A stretch of DNA of 64,000 nt from the human T2T-CHM13v2.0 reference genome, Homo sapiens, in NCBI RefSeq assembly GCF_009914755.1, contig NC_060932.1; one strand, written 5' to 3'. How positions within the stretch are numbered: the stretch's first letter is position 1; every line of letters starts with the position of its first letter. The notes beneath the pieces were generated by a model that saw nothing but the letters and a program-made list of their open reading frames with translations, searched no databases and was not told the origin of the DNA. Both the position numbers and the translations under genes were made by a program. Positions 24,127-39,967 of the stretch are shown piece after piece.

Positions 24127-24545
24127 CTATTTAGCTACTTTTCAAAACCAAAGCCATTATGTCTGCATTATATACATAGAGAAAAAGAATCACCATCATC
24201 TATCTCTCGTGACCGTTTCAATATTTCTTCCAAATCATTACCTCTGTGGAAAGTCTTTATCCTCCATGCAATTAAAGTTGAGAGCATAAAGCAATAAGAC
24301 ACTCATGTGATAATTCTAATAATAACACTGTACCTATAGTCTCCATAACAGAATACTAGAAAAACTGTCTTTCATAGCTGAAAACACACACTCACAGACA
24401 CGTGCAAATCTCAGAATACATAAAACTCACACTGGAAAGTGTGATAAAATTCCTCCTCTTTTCCAATAAAGGAAGTCAATGCAACATGATGCAAGCACCC
24501 TAAGGCCTGGCTTTTGCACAATGGTCTGACTGCTTCCACACTCAC

Positions 24546-24737
24546 CTATGCACGAAGGTAGTGGTTTGTCCCACACTCTCCTGTCTCCACTCAAACAGGT
24601 CAGGGTGTTGCTGCCATGCATGGCGTACCCCGGGTTGCAACTGTACAGAACTACAGTGTCGGTAAAGTGGCCTTCATCACGGATCCTATAGCCGTAGTTA
24701 GGGATGCCCGGATCCTCACATTTTACCAGATCAAAAC
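24546..24737 (-). CDS. CSMD1: CSMD1 coding exon (192 nt, probably exon 24), Sushi/CCP domain: (S)FDLVKCEDPGIPNYGYRIRDEGHFTDTVVLYSCNPGYAMHGSNTLTCLSGDRRVWDKPLPSCI
   Basis: TTGCAG acceptor and GTGAGT donor; four Cys plus Trp of a CCP module; phase 1-1 symmetric exon. Confidence 0.97.
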
Positions 24738-24793
24738 CTGCAAGAGAGAAAGGCAAGGAATGAACAGAACTCAAGGGTGGACATCTGCCTTAA

Positions 24794-25579
<786 letters not shown>

Positions 25580-27237
25580 TAATTACTGCCGACCACACTC
25601 CTGATGGTGCATGGTTATGAGGCTCTTGAGGAAATCCACACAACAACAGAAACTCCAGAAATGAATCATTATAATGACCTCATCAAAATAAGCTCTTAAA
25701 CTCAAAGAAATAGATGACAGAAATGAAGATTTAGCTTCTGCAGTACTGAGAGCTGTATATTCCTTTTATGTGAGGCAATATTTTAAGGCCATCTGTGAAA
25801 GACAGTCTTACAGTAACATATTTCTATTCATATCATGATGCAAATTTTGACAATTGTAAAAGGGAGAGCTGGAAACTTGAGGGACCACATGGTCTCTTTC
25901 CTTCTATTTCCACCAAACTTTGAATGCTTCCTTTTCTCAAAAAGAAATTAAATTTTGAAATGAATTTGTGACTTCTGCTACATCCTCCTGTCAATGTGAA
26001 GTCTGAGATGCCCTTCCATTGAGGAAAATGTATTCTTAACTTCACAATATAATTTTACCCTGCTGATGTCTGACTAATCAGGATTGAGATTTGCAGCTTT
26101 GTATAGGAGAAAGAGGACATGCTTGATCCTTTGCACTCAGTGACTAAGAAAATTTCCTTCCATATAGTTTCCTTCCACAAAGAGTCAGTCTTTACCAACC
26201 ATGACATTATTATTTTTACGATAACCCTGATCTATTTAAGAGACACCAATAATTTTAATTCAGATGCCTGGAATTCAAGAACAGAAGAGTGTATCCATCT
26301 TGGTGCAAAACAAAGGGATACGCTAAATGTCCACAAAGGGGAGGTAGAAATTAGGGGGATGGTTTCAATCAATCACCTCCGGTTTCAGGGTCATTCAAAT
26401 ATTTGATGACCTTCATCTCACTGCATAATGCCAAGAAGACAGGGCAGAAAGGAAGACATTCAATATCATGTATGACAAAATCCATCATTATTACAGATTA
26501 TTCAGTGCTCATTTCTGTTTTCGCAGAGAGGAAAAAAGAAGCAGAAGTCTTTACTGTTGTTATTGTTGTAGTGTTACTGGGTTTGCGGGTTTGGAAGTGA
26601 CAGCATCTGAACAAGTCTTTAGAAGGCAGTCCTGCCCAGCATTGGGGATGACCACCAGCAAACTAGAGGCAGAATGACTTGTTGGAGGTGATGATTCTCC
26701 CTGGCCACACTTGGAGTCCACCTCCCTATTAATAACAAACAATCTTCCAAAATCTTGCGCTATCTTGAATTTACATTAGGTATGCTGCTTATCCAATGTC
26801 ATTGGAACATACAATTGGAAATAACCATTAGGCACACAAAATCGGGGTGTAAAAAACTTTTGAGTTCAGCATCTATCCCTATGATCAGTACCACTGGAAC
26901 AGGATCCTGGGAAAACTTAAAAATCTTTTTGAGGGGTGAGGGCCGCCCATGCTAACAGGGCATCCAGGTCCTGTCCGTGAAGAACAAAGCTGTGAATGGC
27001 AGCGGGGCCAGGAAACTGTGGGGTTCTGCACACAGCACCCAGGAGGTATCCACCTTAACAAACCACACCCAATGTGACCCGAACTTCTCGTTTTTCAAGG
27101 GGCAAAAGAAATCTGGAGTTTTAAAAAAAGTTTTTAAAAAGAGGTGGAATATTGCACGTAATGCTTCTAAACTGAGCTTTGAAACACATCTGCTGGGGAT
27201 GATGAAAGCCTGGACTAAGAAGTGGTCAAGATGCCTA

Positions 27238-27976
<739 letters not shown>

Positions 27977-29363
27977 TTCATTTTGACAATAAATTATGTT
28001 CTGATTGTACAGAAGCGTTTATCAATCATAAGAGATTTTCTTCACTGGAGACATGTGTAATAACATTCATTTTCCTGTGGGACTTACAAATTGTTTCAGT
28101 AGTTTATAGCCATAAGCTCTACAAGTAGTTTATAGCTATTAATGCTTTAAACGTTATCCAGAATATGCCTCTATGTTCAGAAATCATGGCTTTTAAAGAC
28201 TTCAATCAAAAAAGGTTAACAAAGTTCTAAAATCCAAAAATAGGCTTATTTTAAAATTAGTTTAAGAAGAAACATTTTCCTCTGCCCTAAAACTTGCATT
28301 AAAGCTTTGTTTTGTAATGTTTCTTTCCACTCTTCTCCAAAAAAAACAAGCAAAGAAAAAAGATGTATCCATTAAAATGTCTACTAAACTTTACTTGGGT
28401 TGGATTTTGTACAGAAATATGTTTTATTGCTTTTTCTATCAATCATTCAATATCAAAAGTTTTTCTTTCTGCTTAAACTACACCTTGTCATACAGAAGAA
28501 TTAAGCCAAGTTATTTATGGCAGCGTAGTTTTCTCTTTATATGACCAGCTGTCTCCTTTTTTTCTGATGCCTTTTCTTGTTTTTGCAAAAGATCACTTAA
28601 GACCTTGACAGCATCATTAAATTTATTATCTTGTAAAAAGCTCTATAACTTAAAGCCTCTAGGCTTGTGTGATGTCTTTTTATAAAATACATTCCTCTTT
28701 CCTGTCAGAAAGTTGAAAGTATTTGGCCATTCTAGAGATCAGTTTTCCAATTTTCAGTAGACTGAAGAGAGCTTTGTTCTCTCAAAGCTCCTCGCAGGAT
28801 TTGATGGTTCACACACAGTTGCTGGGAGAATCATAGGCCTTTACAATGGGAAGTAGCATTGGAATCACAGCCATCAATACCTTGAAGGACTAGAGAAACA
28901 TCCCTAGAAATCTGAAGCTTCTACTTCGTGTCACTTGCGCCGTGAACCAGCTTAGTCGCCTGCTAGGGAGAAGAGTGCTGCCTCCACCGTTAAACTGTGC
29001 CCTTAGAGCCATAGCATGTCAGCATCTCTCAGGTTCTCAAAGGCAGTTAGTTAGACTTCAATCTGGTGTTTCAGACACTTTGACCCCTAGGCTGTTACTT
29101 TATCCACATTCGTTAGGATACAGCCTAGCCTGCTGTTTCCCTCTCTGCAAATTGCATGAAGTACATTTCAATTGAGCTTTACTTGCTGTGTGTTTAAAGA
29201 CTAGAATATAATCATTGTTTCCTAAAAATGTCAACACTGTTTTTGAATATTGGTAAAATAAGTTGATGTGTAATAGGAGAATTCTGAAATGACAACATAA
29301 AATTCTATGATGTTAATTCTGCACTATTTCAGAAAAGAATGTTTCCATGTTTTAAGAAATCTC

Positions 29364-30507
29364 AGATGGATTAAAGACTTAAATGTTAGACCTAAAACCA
29401 TAAAAACTCTAGAAGAAAACCTAGGCAATACCATTCAGGACATAGGCATGGGCAAAGACTTCATGTCTAAAACAGCAAAAGCAATGGCAACAAAACCCAA
29501 AATTGACAAATGGGATCGGATTAAACTAACGAAGTTCTGCACAGCAAAAGAAACCACCATCAGAGTGAACAGGCAACATACAGAAAGGGAGAAAATTTTT
29601 GCAATCTACTCATCTGACAAAGGGCTAATATGCACAATCTACAATGAACTCAAATTTACAAGAAAAAAACAACCCCATCAAAAAGTGGGTGAAGGATATG
29701 AACAGACACCTCTCAAAAGATGACATTTATGCAGCCAAAAGACACATGAAAAAATGCTCATCATCACTGGCCATCAGAGAAATGCAAATCAAAACCACAA
29801 TAAGATACTATCTCACACGAGTTAGAATGGCAAGCAATCAATCATTAAAAAGTCAGGAAACAACAGGTGCTGGAGAGGATGTGGAGAAATAGGAACACTT
29901 TCACACTGTTGGTGGGACTGTAAACGAGTTCAACCATTGTGGAAGTCAGTGTGGCCATTCCTCAGGGATCTAGAACTAGAAATACCATTTGACCCAGCCA
30001 TCCCATTACTGGGTATATACTCAAAGGATTATAAATCATGCTTCTATAAGGAAACATGCACACGTATGTTTATAGCGGCACTATTCACAATAGCAAAGAT
30101 TTGGAACCAACCCAAATGTCCAACAATGATAGACTGGATTAAGAAAATGTGGCACATATACACCATGGAATACTATGCAGCCATAAAAAATGATGAGTTC
30201 ATGTCCTTTGTAGGGACATGGATGAAGCTGGAAACCATCATTCTCAGCAAACTATCACAAGGACAAAAAACCAAACACCTCATGTTCTCACTCATAGGTG
30301 GGAATTGAACAATGAGAACACATGGACACAGGAAGGGGAACATCACACACCGGAGCCTGTTGTGGGGTGGGGGGAGTGGGGAGGGATAGCATTAGGAGAT
30401 ATACCTAATGTTAAATGACTAGTTAATGGGTGCAGCACACCAACATGGCACATGTATACATATGTAACAAACCCTAAAACTTAAAGTATAATAAAAAAAT
30501 AAAAAAT
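29364..30507 (+). mobile_element. 5'-truncated L1PA4-like element, ~1.14 kb ('copy C')
   Basis: ORF2 C-terminus ([14 protein letters not shown]...MFSLIGGN), 3'UTR and A-tail; TSD AA(G/T)AAATCTCA; ~25-bp deletion in the 3'UTR. Confidence 0.95.
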
Positions 30508-31582
30508 AAATCTCAAGTTTTTAAAGGATATGTTTAATTCTACAAAGATATTCTTCCAAATAGAGATATTTCCATTTTAATGTGAATTTAAGAGACTTTT
30601 GACTGATCAATTTTAAGCCTGCTGAAGAGTAATAACTTTAAAAACATACAGAAGGTATCCTTTTCTATCTTGAAGCCACTAGTCTGCAATTATTCAGGGC
30701 ACAAATACTGGTTCTGTATTTGCTTTATGCTCTAGAAACTTTAAAAAAGACTAAATCACATTATTTGTGTCAAAGCACTATTAAGTATTATTACAATCAA
30801 AACTTGAATGTATTTAGTAATTCTATTTCTTTGTTTTCTAGTGATTTCATTTTAAGTCAAAGCACAGCCAAAATACTACGAACAAAATGTTCTAATCAAA
30901 ACAAGCTCCAAACATTCAGCTGATGAAAATTACTTCTCCATATATTTTGCATGAATTACGCAGTCTTAATATTGTTAAGAATTAAATCCTATGTATCTTC
31001 TAACAATATTAGAGTTCTATGAGACTTGCTTTTAGCTTTCAAGTATTCGGATTAGTTCTTATCTTCCAAATAAAGCACTTGTGTTTCAAGAGAACCGGCT
31101 CCAGACTTAATCCATTTTATCCATCAGGCTGAACAACGAGCTCACAGTAATGTGAGTTTTTTCAGCTTCTATCTGAGCAACTCTTGAGAAAGTAGTTTCA
31201 TGCTCAGGTGAGCTCTGAAAACATAACTGAAGAAAAGGAATACTGGTCATTTTTGAATCTCTGATATATTTTCTCATGAGCAACTGAAAAAAGCTTGAAG
31301 TATTTACAGAAACATACTATCTATCTGTTAATTTTACCTAAGACATTTCAATTGGGATAATGTACTTCTTTGGCAAAAATCTCTTTAAGAATGACTCTCA
31401 TGTGAAAAAAAGGGACAGTGTTTTCACACCATTTCCTTCAGTGTAAAGAACTGCATTAAAAACTTAATATTGCTTTTTATTAACTCTATTTGGATTCATC
31501 TGAATAGGAAGGGAGTTTCAAAGGTAATTGGTTAAATTTATTTTTTATAGTTCACTTGAGAAGGAAAGTTCATTAATAATGA

Positions 31583-31622
31583 ATTTCCTGAAATGTGTGA
31601 TTATTTCCTGAAATGTGTGATT
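31583..31622. repeat. Perfect two-copy tandem duplication, 20 bp
   Basis: ATTTCCTGAAATGTGTGATT x2. Confidence 0.93.
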
Positions 31623-31680
31623 GTTCCATGTTTTACAATACATCTCTCTTTATTCAAGAATGAAATTCTAGGTGAAGTGA

Positions 31681-31683
<3 letters not shown>

Positions 31684-31716
<33 letters not shown>
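31684..31716. repeat. (TG)n microsatellite, about 16 units
   Basis: Uninterrupted TG run. Confidence 0.97.
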
Positions 31717-31719
<3 letters not shown>

Positions 31720-34081
31720 ATTTTTAAACTATCTTTTAAATTATTTATGGTTTTTTAAGCTACAGATGCTATTGTTTTCAAATTGAGTCCTCTTGTTAGC
31801 TACTATTTTCATTTAATTCATTCAATTTTTCCCATATATTAAGTTTTTGCTGACATTATTTTGTAATCCTATGAGCAGCCCCATGGTAAGATACTCCACA
31901 TTTTTAAAAAATAGCAATAGCAAACAGGTTGTTGACAATGTTTAAACAGAAATGTAAACTTCTGAACTTAAGGTAAAACATCAAAAAGCCTGTAAATGTC
32001 CAGAATGAAAATCAGATAGCCAAATTATCTATTTTTTGGAACTGTCTTATTTTTTATCAAGCAAACTTTTAATAAATCATAAAGCAAGTTAATCATACCT
32101 AAGAATTTAATGAGTCAATCTTGAAACATTTTATAATTTTAAATACATTACATTAATCCCAAGTGAATTTAATGCTGGTTGTACTTTGATCTTGTGCAGA
32201 GCTTCCAGCAGGTCAAATAGTTAATATCAATTCTGAGACGTCTCAGTGAAATAATTCAAATTATTCACTTTCTCACTGATTTTTTTACCACTATGCACGT
32301 ATGTTCTCTGTTGAGGATATTTAAAACTCAGAGTGGGGGAACTTGGGGCAAGACCAGGATCAGGCACCTACATGGATGAACTGAAATAATTTCACTCTAA
32401 ATTCATCTTTAAATACATCCAGTTGGCAAATATTGTTCTAACTTGTACAAGGTGGTAAGAACTTACAATTAGGTGCTAACTATATACTGTATGTATTGTA
32501 ACATCACCATGTGCCCTGTGCCCCATGAATATGTGTAATAATTACTTGCCAATAAAAATAAAGGAAAATAATGAGCTGTAAAAAAAATGTTTTCAAATCT
32601 ATCAGGAACTTTTTTGGGGCATGGTGGGAAGAGTAAAATAAAACGGCTCCTATCTTCCCCTGTCTAATGAATGACAGATAGGAAATAAATACTTATAAAA
32701 CAACACGATGAATGCTATGGTTTGCGTGAAGGTTGAGAGGGACAAAGGAAACTAGTATATTGGTAGCTGGAGGGGTTCAGTGAGCCTTGCGGGAGAGAGG
32801 GTTTGAGCAGGTCTAGGGGCCTCCTGGACGCCATCCACTCAGAGGGAGAACAGTCCAGGTGGAAAAGGCTTCAAATCGCATGGCAGTTGGGAACACCAAT
32901 TTACAGGAACATTTGTATATGCTGATGCTTCCTTTTAAACGTGTGGCGGTTGTGATGGAGACAGGGATTGAAGGGAAGACAGGAAAGGTCACGGGAAAGA
33001 CTGGAAAGGACTCGGCTGCAGCACCAAGGAGTGGAGACCAACTCAGCGTGCAGTGGGGGGAAGGCAACGGAGAAGACTGCACAGGAAACTGACACAAGTA
33101 TATTCGTATTTCAGAGAGATAATCAGAAGCAATGTGCAATATGGACATGGGTGAGAAGAAAGAAAGGACAAGCAGGAAAATCTGCAAAAGTATTTATTTA
33201 GTGCTGGAAAGGAGCCTGTGTCAGTGGATGTGGGGAGGGGATGAGGCAAGAGTGTGTGCGTGGATGAAGCATGCACAAATACTATTTTGCAAATTGAGCC
33301 TGAGTGAGAGTGGACACAGAAGACTCAGTAGATGATAGATGGGGTCTGTGATGAAGAGAGGACACCAGAGAAAAATGCAGCTCATGGGAGAGGTGAGGGA
33401 GGAAGAGGAGAATCATCAGCATTGTTGTCACATAATGATTCTGATCTTCTCATAGCAGATCCCCTGTATTAACCCAGAAAAGGAATACATCTTTCATTGA
33501 TAACACCTGTTATGAAATAATTAAAAATAAACATGCTTTGGATATGTTAGGAGCATGAGGAGCACAGAGCGAGACAATCTCAGTCCTTATGGAGTTTCAC
33601 AGGGAAATTAGACATCCTAACAAATAGTAATCGCAATAATTACCCAAGCTATAGGCATAGACAGTATGAGTCAACATTGACACTCAATCACACAAGTGTG
33701 GACTTGTATTCTCTGTTGTTCTGGTGCCTGTTTTCTATTACGTTTTCTATTTTTTCCCAATTAAGTGTTTGTTTTGTTGTACTCACTTCTTTGTATAGCA
33801 AGGGGTGAATAGTTAAAAAATAAAAAGCCGAGAATGACTTAATTTTGTTTTGTTTTGTTTAATAGGAACTTCTGTGTGATTGTGTAAGGATGGCTCCTTT
33901 TGTCAGGTAGAACCAGCCTACAGTTATCTGGTTAATACTACGTTTATTTGGTATCATTACTTGATGTGTTCACAATATCATGCCTTGTACACATTTTAAC
34001 TTTAAAATGTTATAAATTTTGTGTTTAGTAAAATTTCATGTAAAATAAAGTTGCTACTGTATAAGTGAACTTTTAATGTTA

Positions 34082-34359
34082 TTTTTTGAGACAAGGTCTT
34101 GCTCTGTGACCCAGGCTGGAGTGCAGTGGCGCCATCTTGGCTCACTACAGCCTTGACCTAGCAGGCTCAAGCGATCCTCCCACCTTAGCCTATTGAGTAG
34201 CTGGGACCACAGATGTGGGCCACCATGCCCAGCTAATATTTGTATCTTTTGTAGAGACAGGGTTTCCCCGGCTGGGCTCAAAACCCTGGGTTCAAGTGAT
34301 CGGCCCACCTTGGCCTCCCAAAATGTTGGGATTACAAGCGTGACCTATCACATTTGGCC
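34082..34359 (-). mobile_element. AluJ-like element
   Basis: GGCTCAAGCGATCCTCCCACC and internal deletions. Confidence 0.9.
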
Positions 34360-37300
34360 TTCTCCCTGAATTTATTTTTAATTATGATTTCTTTCCTGAT
34401 GATGAAGCTAGTAAATTATATATAGTACCTTAGGCTTGTAATATTCTATTTTTATTTATGAAATATCTTTCATAGTATAACTTCTTACTATAATGTTTTG
34501 CTTTTGTTCCAATTTTTTAATAGGTGTTAAAATGAAAAAAGTAATGAAAAAATAGAAAATCTCTGTAGTTATCTAATTGAGAACATAAATCTGGAGTAGC
34601 ATATCCTCTGGCCTACCGCATTGATTCATTAATGCAATCACTTAGCATATGAAGTGCCTGCTCGGCTTCAGATATTTTGCTAGACGCCGAAGATACAAAA
34701 TTAACTGACCTCAGTCCTTGCTCACCAGAAACTCATAGTCTGTGTAGATAAAAGATAACATATAAAAGTTAACATATTCCCTATTAAAAGGATGCCCATT
34801 CATTAATTCAACACATACTTATTAAGCGCTTAATATGCAGTATCTTTCGTGACACAATGCTGTGTTTCAATGTATAAGCATGGTTTTGCCCTTTGGGACT
34901 CAGAGTTTAATTGGAGGTATTATAGCAGGTGCATGACGAGAGTAAGAAAGCATTTGCTTTTTGGGTGGTGGTCACAGGAGTTCCCTAGCTGGAGTGTCAC
35001 GGTTCCTTCTGCAGGGTTTCTGTGGAAGCCAGATCCGAGCACAGGGCAGCCCACACACACAGACAGCCACACACCAAGAAATAAATGCAGCTGCTTCCAA
35101 AGGAGCCCCCTGTGCTTTCCACGGGGCAGGTGGGTGACTGTAAACTAACACAGGTCATGCTTGATGGCAGGTGCTGCTTTCAGCTTTACAAATAATAAAA
35201 ACATACAAACACACACACATATGTGCATTTATACAAAGGGAGACCCAGAAACACAACAACACAGATTCAGCCATTCCTATGGATCACTCCCTTACACAGA
35301 ATGGAATTTGATTATCCTCAGAACATACTGCAAAACAAACTGGGGATGTTTATGTGTCTTGCATCCAGATAATAACTGAAGAAGTAACTTCCTTGCTGAA
35401 AAGGCCTAGCTTTTAAAAAAAATCTAGGAATAAATGGTCAAAAAAATGAAACTCACATATTTCTGTTTTTAGCTCCAAAAACTACTAATTGCTTAAAAAT
35501 ATCTTGACTATCCCGAGCATTTGATTAACTAGTGTTGGTTCTTTAGGATTTAACCACAGGGATTAGAACCACTGCAGAGTCTTCATGGCAAAGTACAAAT
35601 GAAAATATTTGCAATACACAAAGAATTTGGTATAATTTTATGTCAGTCAATATAAGATTCAAATTAAACATAATTGAAAACAGAGTTTGATAGCTTGAGT
35701 AATTAAATATTAATATAGAGCCAATATATAGAAAAAGGTGGCAAGTAAAAGATAGTTCTACCAATATATCCCAAATACCATAATTAAAATGTATCTAAAT
35801 TACATTGAAATATAATTCTATGCTTTCAAACACTTCCGCACACATTCAACAATAACTTTTAAAAAGAAACATGAGAGTTTCTGTGAAATTGAATTATATG
35901 ATTATTTTTAAAGATGGGAGAATTCTCAGATTATTTGTTTTTTTTTGCCTGATTGCTGAAGAAAAACTAAATTGATAAAAATGGTAAGAAAAGTGTCAGA
36001 AGAACATTAGGAACACGTCAGCCGGGCTATTTTTAAAGTAATTCTTCATTAGTAGTGTAGGTTTCTCAGCACATAATTTTAATTTTCATTGTCTAAATCT
36101 CAGTAATGCTTATATTTATATTTATTTGCTCTTAGATGGGAATATCAAATTGATGACTCATTAAAAAAACTTTTATTTTAATGGAGAAATAGCAGCTCTG
36201 GTTAATTTATTGTTATCACCTTAGACTTAAGTCTCTACCAGTGGCTTAGAAACCAAGTGAATAGACCGGGCCCCAACTTCAGGAGTGTCTGGCCCAGAAC
36301 CTCATCACTACCATGAACTCCAGCATAGAGGGGCTGCCACCAGCGCACACAGAAGACATGCTCTGTGCCACACAATTCATCAGGCAGGTTTGTCTGTGCT
36401 GTCCCATATAATCCTGAAAATCACCTACAAAATAATGACGATTATAAGAGTCCAACTAAGCAGTGGGGCCCGTGGCCCTGGCACTAGTTTGGAGAGGGAC
36501 GGAGGATGAGAAGAAATGGGAGACAACTGAGTTCTTCCCAAATTCTGTCCCGGACTCAGCCCTCACACACCCTGCCCCTGCCTCGTGCCTCCTTCACATC
36601 TTAGCTGTGAAGGGCACTGCTTATTGCTTGGCTCCCCCATGCTGTAGCGATTTTTACAAGAAAAACTAAAGGATTTATGAAAACACGATAAGCTCCTCGT
36701 ACAAGTAAAATCCATGTAAATATAAGGGATTATCAACAATACCTGAATTTGTTGCTGCTGTTATGACTCATAGGCTGATACTTTTTTTATTCTACAACTA
36801 ATAAATACAAAGAAATTGTCCCACCATATGTAAGAATTCAACACCTTGAGCAGTGGAGCCAGGTGGTCAATTCCAGAGAAGTGACAGCCTCAACTAGACC
36901 ACCGCTGCATTGGGACGCAAGAGCGCAGTTCCTCCTTTTCCATATCTCATTCTTTGAAAGAATTTCTGCTGAGTGGGTGACTGCCATCCATCAGCCTAAC
37001 TGTGGCTTGCAGGTGCCAGCCCATCCTCTCTGGGCTTATTCCTGAGGCATTAATAACCTAAGCCACCCGCCTGCAGAGCGAGGGCGCAGGGTCATCCTGC
37101 CTATGGGGATACAACGCCTGCTTGCCGCACACTTTTGCCCCTGACATGCATATTCTGCACCTCACTGCCCGTAAAGCGTTCAGTAGCAAAATACAAATAC
37201 AAAGCAAAATGGAGTACGTAACCAACATTTTTGGAAATAAAGGCCGTGAGTTCCATCTCTTCCCCAAAAATGGCCTCGCTTTTGTATTTCCCAGTTCATC

Positions 37301-39527
37301 TGAAAGACACGCAACTCTCAATCTCTTCCACCTTTGCCTCCCTTCTTTCCACTGCTCCTGTCAACCTAGCCACCGAAGGCGTGCAAAGCCCCCTGCACCC
37401 ACCATCAGGTGGGTCGAATCCTTTGCTTTCTAAGCTTCCAGTGCTTAGTCTAAGCCTCCCTCACTGCACACAAGATTGCTGTTGTTGCTGACTAACGGGT
37501 CGCCAAGACACCATGGTGAGTATTCACCCTGGTCCCAGTCTTCTAAGGATCCTGCCATCTGGTGATGCCCTCTGCACCAGGGCTCATGATGCTTTGTGCC
37601 GTAGTATTGTCCAGATCCTCCCTGCCCTTTAAGATCAAGCTCCCTTACGGCTGCAGCTGTCCTACCCTACCCTGCATATTCCTCCTGAAGGCTCTTCCTC
37701 CTCCCTGAATTTCCTGTGAATCCCACCACAAGTAGGCAATGACAGGTGCTCTGCGTGTATCTAATTCTTCCAAGTTTCCCCATGCAAATACCCCATTACT
37801 TCGTCTAGAAATGAACCTCCCTGAACGCACGGGTAGCCCAGAGAACATGCATTGTTTACTGTATCCTCTGAGTCTGGCAGTGAAAGTGGAAACAGTGAAA
37901 TGTATGCATATTACTATATTTAACTGGTGCTTATTTTAATTCTAGACAATGTGTCTGTAAGTGCTTTTGATTCAAATAAAGTAGTAAGCTTCTAGTGATT
38001 TCAAAGTGTTATAAAAACACAAAGTTAACTGTATTTTCTAAATAAAAATAAGTGAGCTGATTTTCAAAATCGTGAAAATAAATGTGTTTCAAATTTTAAC
38101 ACTTTCTGATTTGTACAAAATTTGGGAGGATTTAAAAATAGCACTCAACCAGAAATATGCAATTAGGGGAATTTCAGAATGGATTCAGTATTATTTAGCA
38201 AACCTAAAATGGAACCTACACAGTTTCATAAAGTGTTTTTCTGAAGAGGGAATTCCATCAGCTTTCATTACATATCAGTGTGGAAATGTGTGGTGACGTA
38301 TTTACATAATAAACATTTCCATGGATTATTTTACATAATATATGAAAGTCAGTGCAGACATCTTCAGTGTTATGAATACCAAATACTGTTATTTTGGTCA
38401 TAATGAGTTTGAGGATGATAAATGAACTGACAAATATATTCAATACATTTCATGGCCAGGAACATGAATAACAGCACAGATTTCCAGCAGGAGCGGAACA
38501 TTTTCCTTCACCTCCTGATGAATCATTTTATTTTTATATTTTCACTTAGAGCCATTTTATTCCTTTAGGTCTGTTACATTTTACAGTATTAGTTAAATGA
38601 CTGAACATTCAAATTAATAAGAACATATATAAGAATGAGCAATTTCTTAGTATTTCCTTCAAATCTTGTACTAAGAGCACAGATAAAGAATTTCTTCTTC
38701 CAAATAGGCCTATTTCATATAGATCTTGTTTTACGCTAAATTGCCTTAAGGGTTCTGGAAGTTTCCAGAAGAGAGAGCTAATCCATGCACATACATAACT
38801 ACCTATGGAACTTTCTTGTCTTGTTCCCTCAGTTGGTTTCATTGGCCAGAATGTATAATGCACCAGGTTCCAGTAAAGTGACCAAAGTTGTAGGGACGCC
38901 CCTGGTCACCTGGCCTCCAGGTGTGGTTGCATTATGGAGGTGTCAGACATCATGGCAGTGGAGTCCACAGCCAGTGGGGCAAGGTTGCCCATCCAGGGCA
39001 TATCACGAGTACCCGTACTTAACCCGCAAACCTCAAACATCACCAAGGAGGCATTTCTCCTGTCCAGTCTGCTTACAAAATCATTTCCTTATTCTTAACA
39101 AAGGAAATTGATTTCTGGTTAACATAATGGCAAATGCCTGACTTAGGAAGTGCTGTGATTCCTAGATAAGTCTCTGAATTGTTTTTTGCTTTTTTTTGTT
39201 TTTGTTTTTGTTTTCCTATGGAACTTAATGACACTGAAGCCTTCCTCATCAGAACCTAAACCTCACAGTCATGGTTTATTCCTTTCTTCATCTCATTTAC
39301 AATTCAAGTCATCACTGTCCTGTAAATTATGCAGTTTTAAAAACATCTGTCATTTATCTTTCCACCTCTAACATTGTGTTTTTGTCTAACATTGTCTTAT
39401 TAGTAGGTTGTATGATGTCCAATGGGCAACTTCTAACTTCGTGGGCATCTATAATCTATGGTTCACATCACAGCAAGATTAAAAACCTAACACAAATGAC
39501 AAGGGACCTCAACATTCTTGCACCCTT

Positions 39528-39664
39528 AATAAAATCTTACCTCTCTCTATTTTTACCTTCAATAATCTACCCTTCCCCATTTTCCCAAGTCTTACCTCTA
39601 AATAAAATTTTATCTCTATTTATTTTTACCTTCAATAATCTACCCTTCCCCATTTTCCCAAGTC
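39528..39664. repeat. Two-copy tandem duplication, 73-bp period
   Basis: 44-bp identical core TATTTTTACCTTCAATAATCTACCCTTCCCCATTTTCCCAAGTC at 39548 and 39621. Confidence 0.92.
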
Positions 39665-39967
39665 ACTAATAGTCATCAAAGCCAGAAACGCTGGTCCATT
39701 CTGAACCCCCCTCTCTCTCTCTCACATACTCCACACCCATGATCTTACTCACACCATTTTTAGAAGGAGTTAAAAGGGAAACTTGCCTAAAACCATCAAA
39801 AGAAAACTTTAAACACTCTCCAACAGTTAAAATACTCTTTGATTTTTTAAAAAAATTTTATAGCATTTCAGTACTAAGAGTTTTCAAAAACAACGTTGTG
39901 TTTACAGAAGAAACACATGACCTGGGATATGACAGATGAAGCAGCAGGTAAGTAGCAGAGCCAAGAG

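Noticed and set aside
32813-33335. Cluster of overlapping ORFs on both strands
   Set aside because: Purine-rich, low-complexity, probably L2-derived sequence depleted of stop codons; no coding signature
37050-37900. Locally GC-richer unique stretch with several short ORFs, as a hidden exon or CpG island
   Set aside because: No CUB/Sushi or other recognisable motif, CpG density too low for an island, and the flanking CSMD1 exons already join in frame
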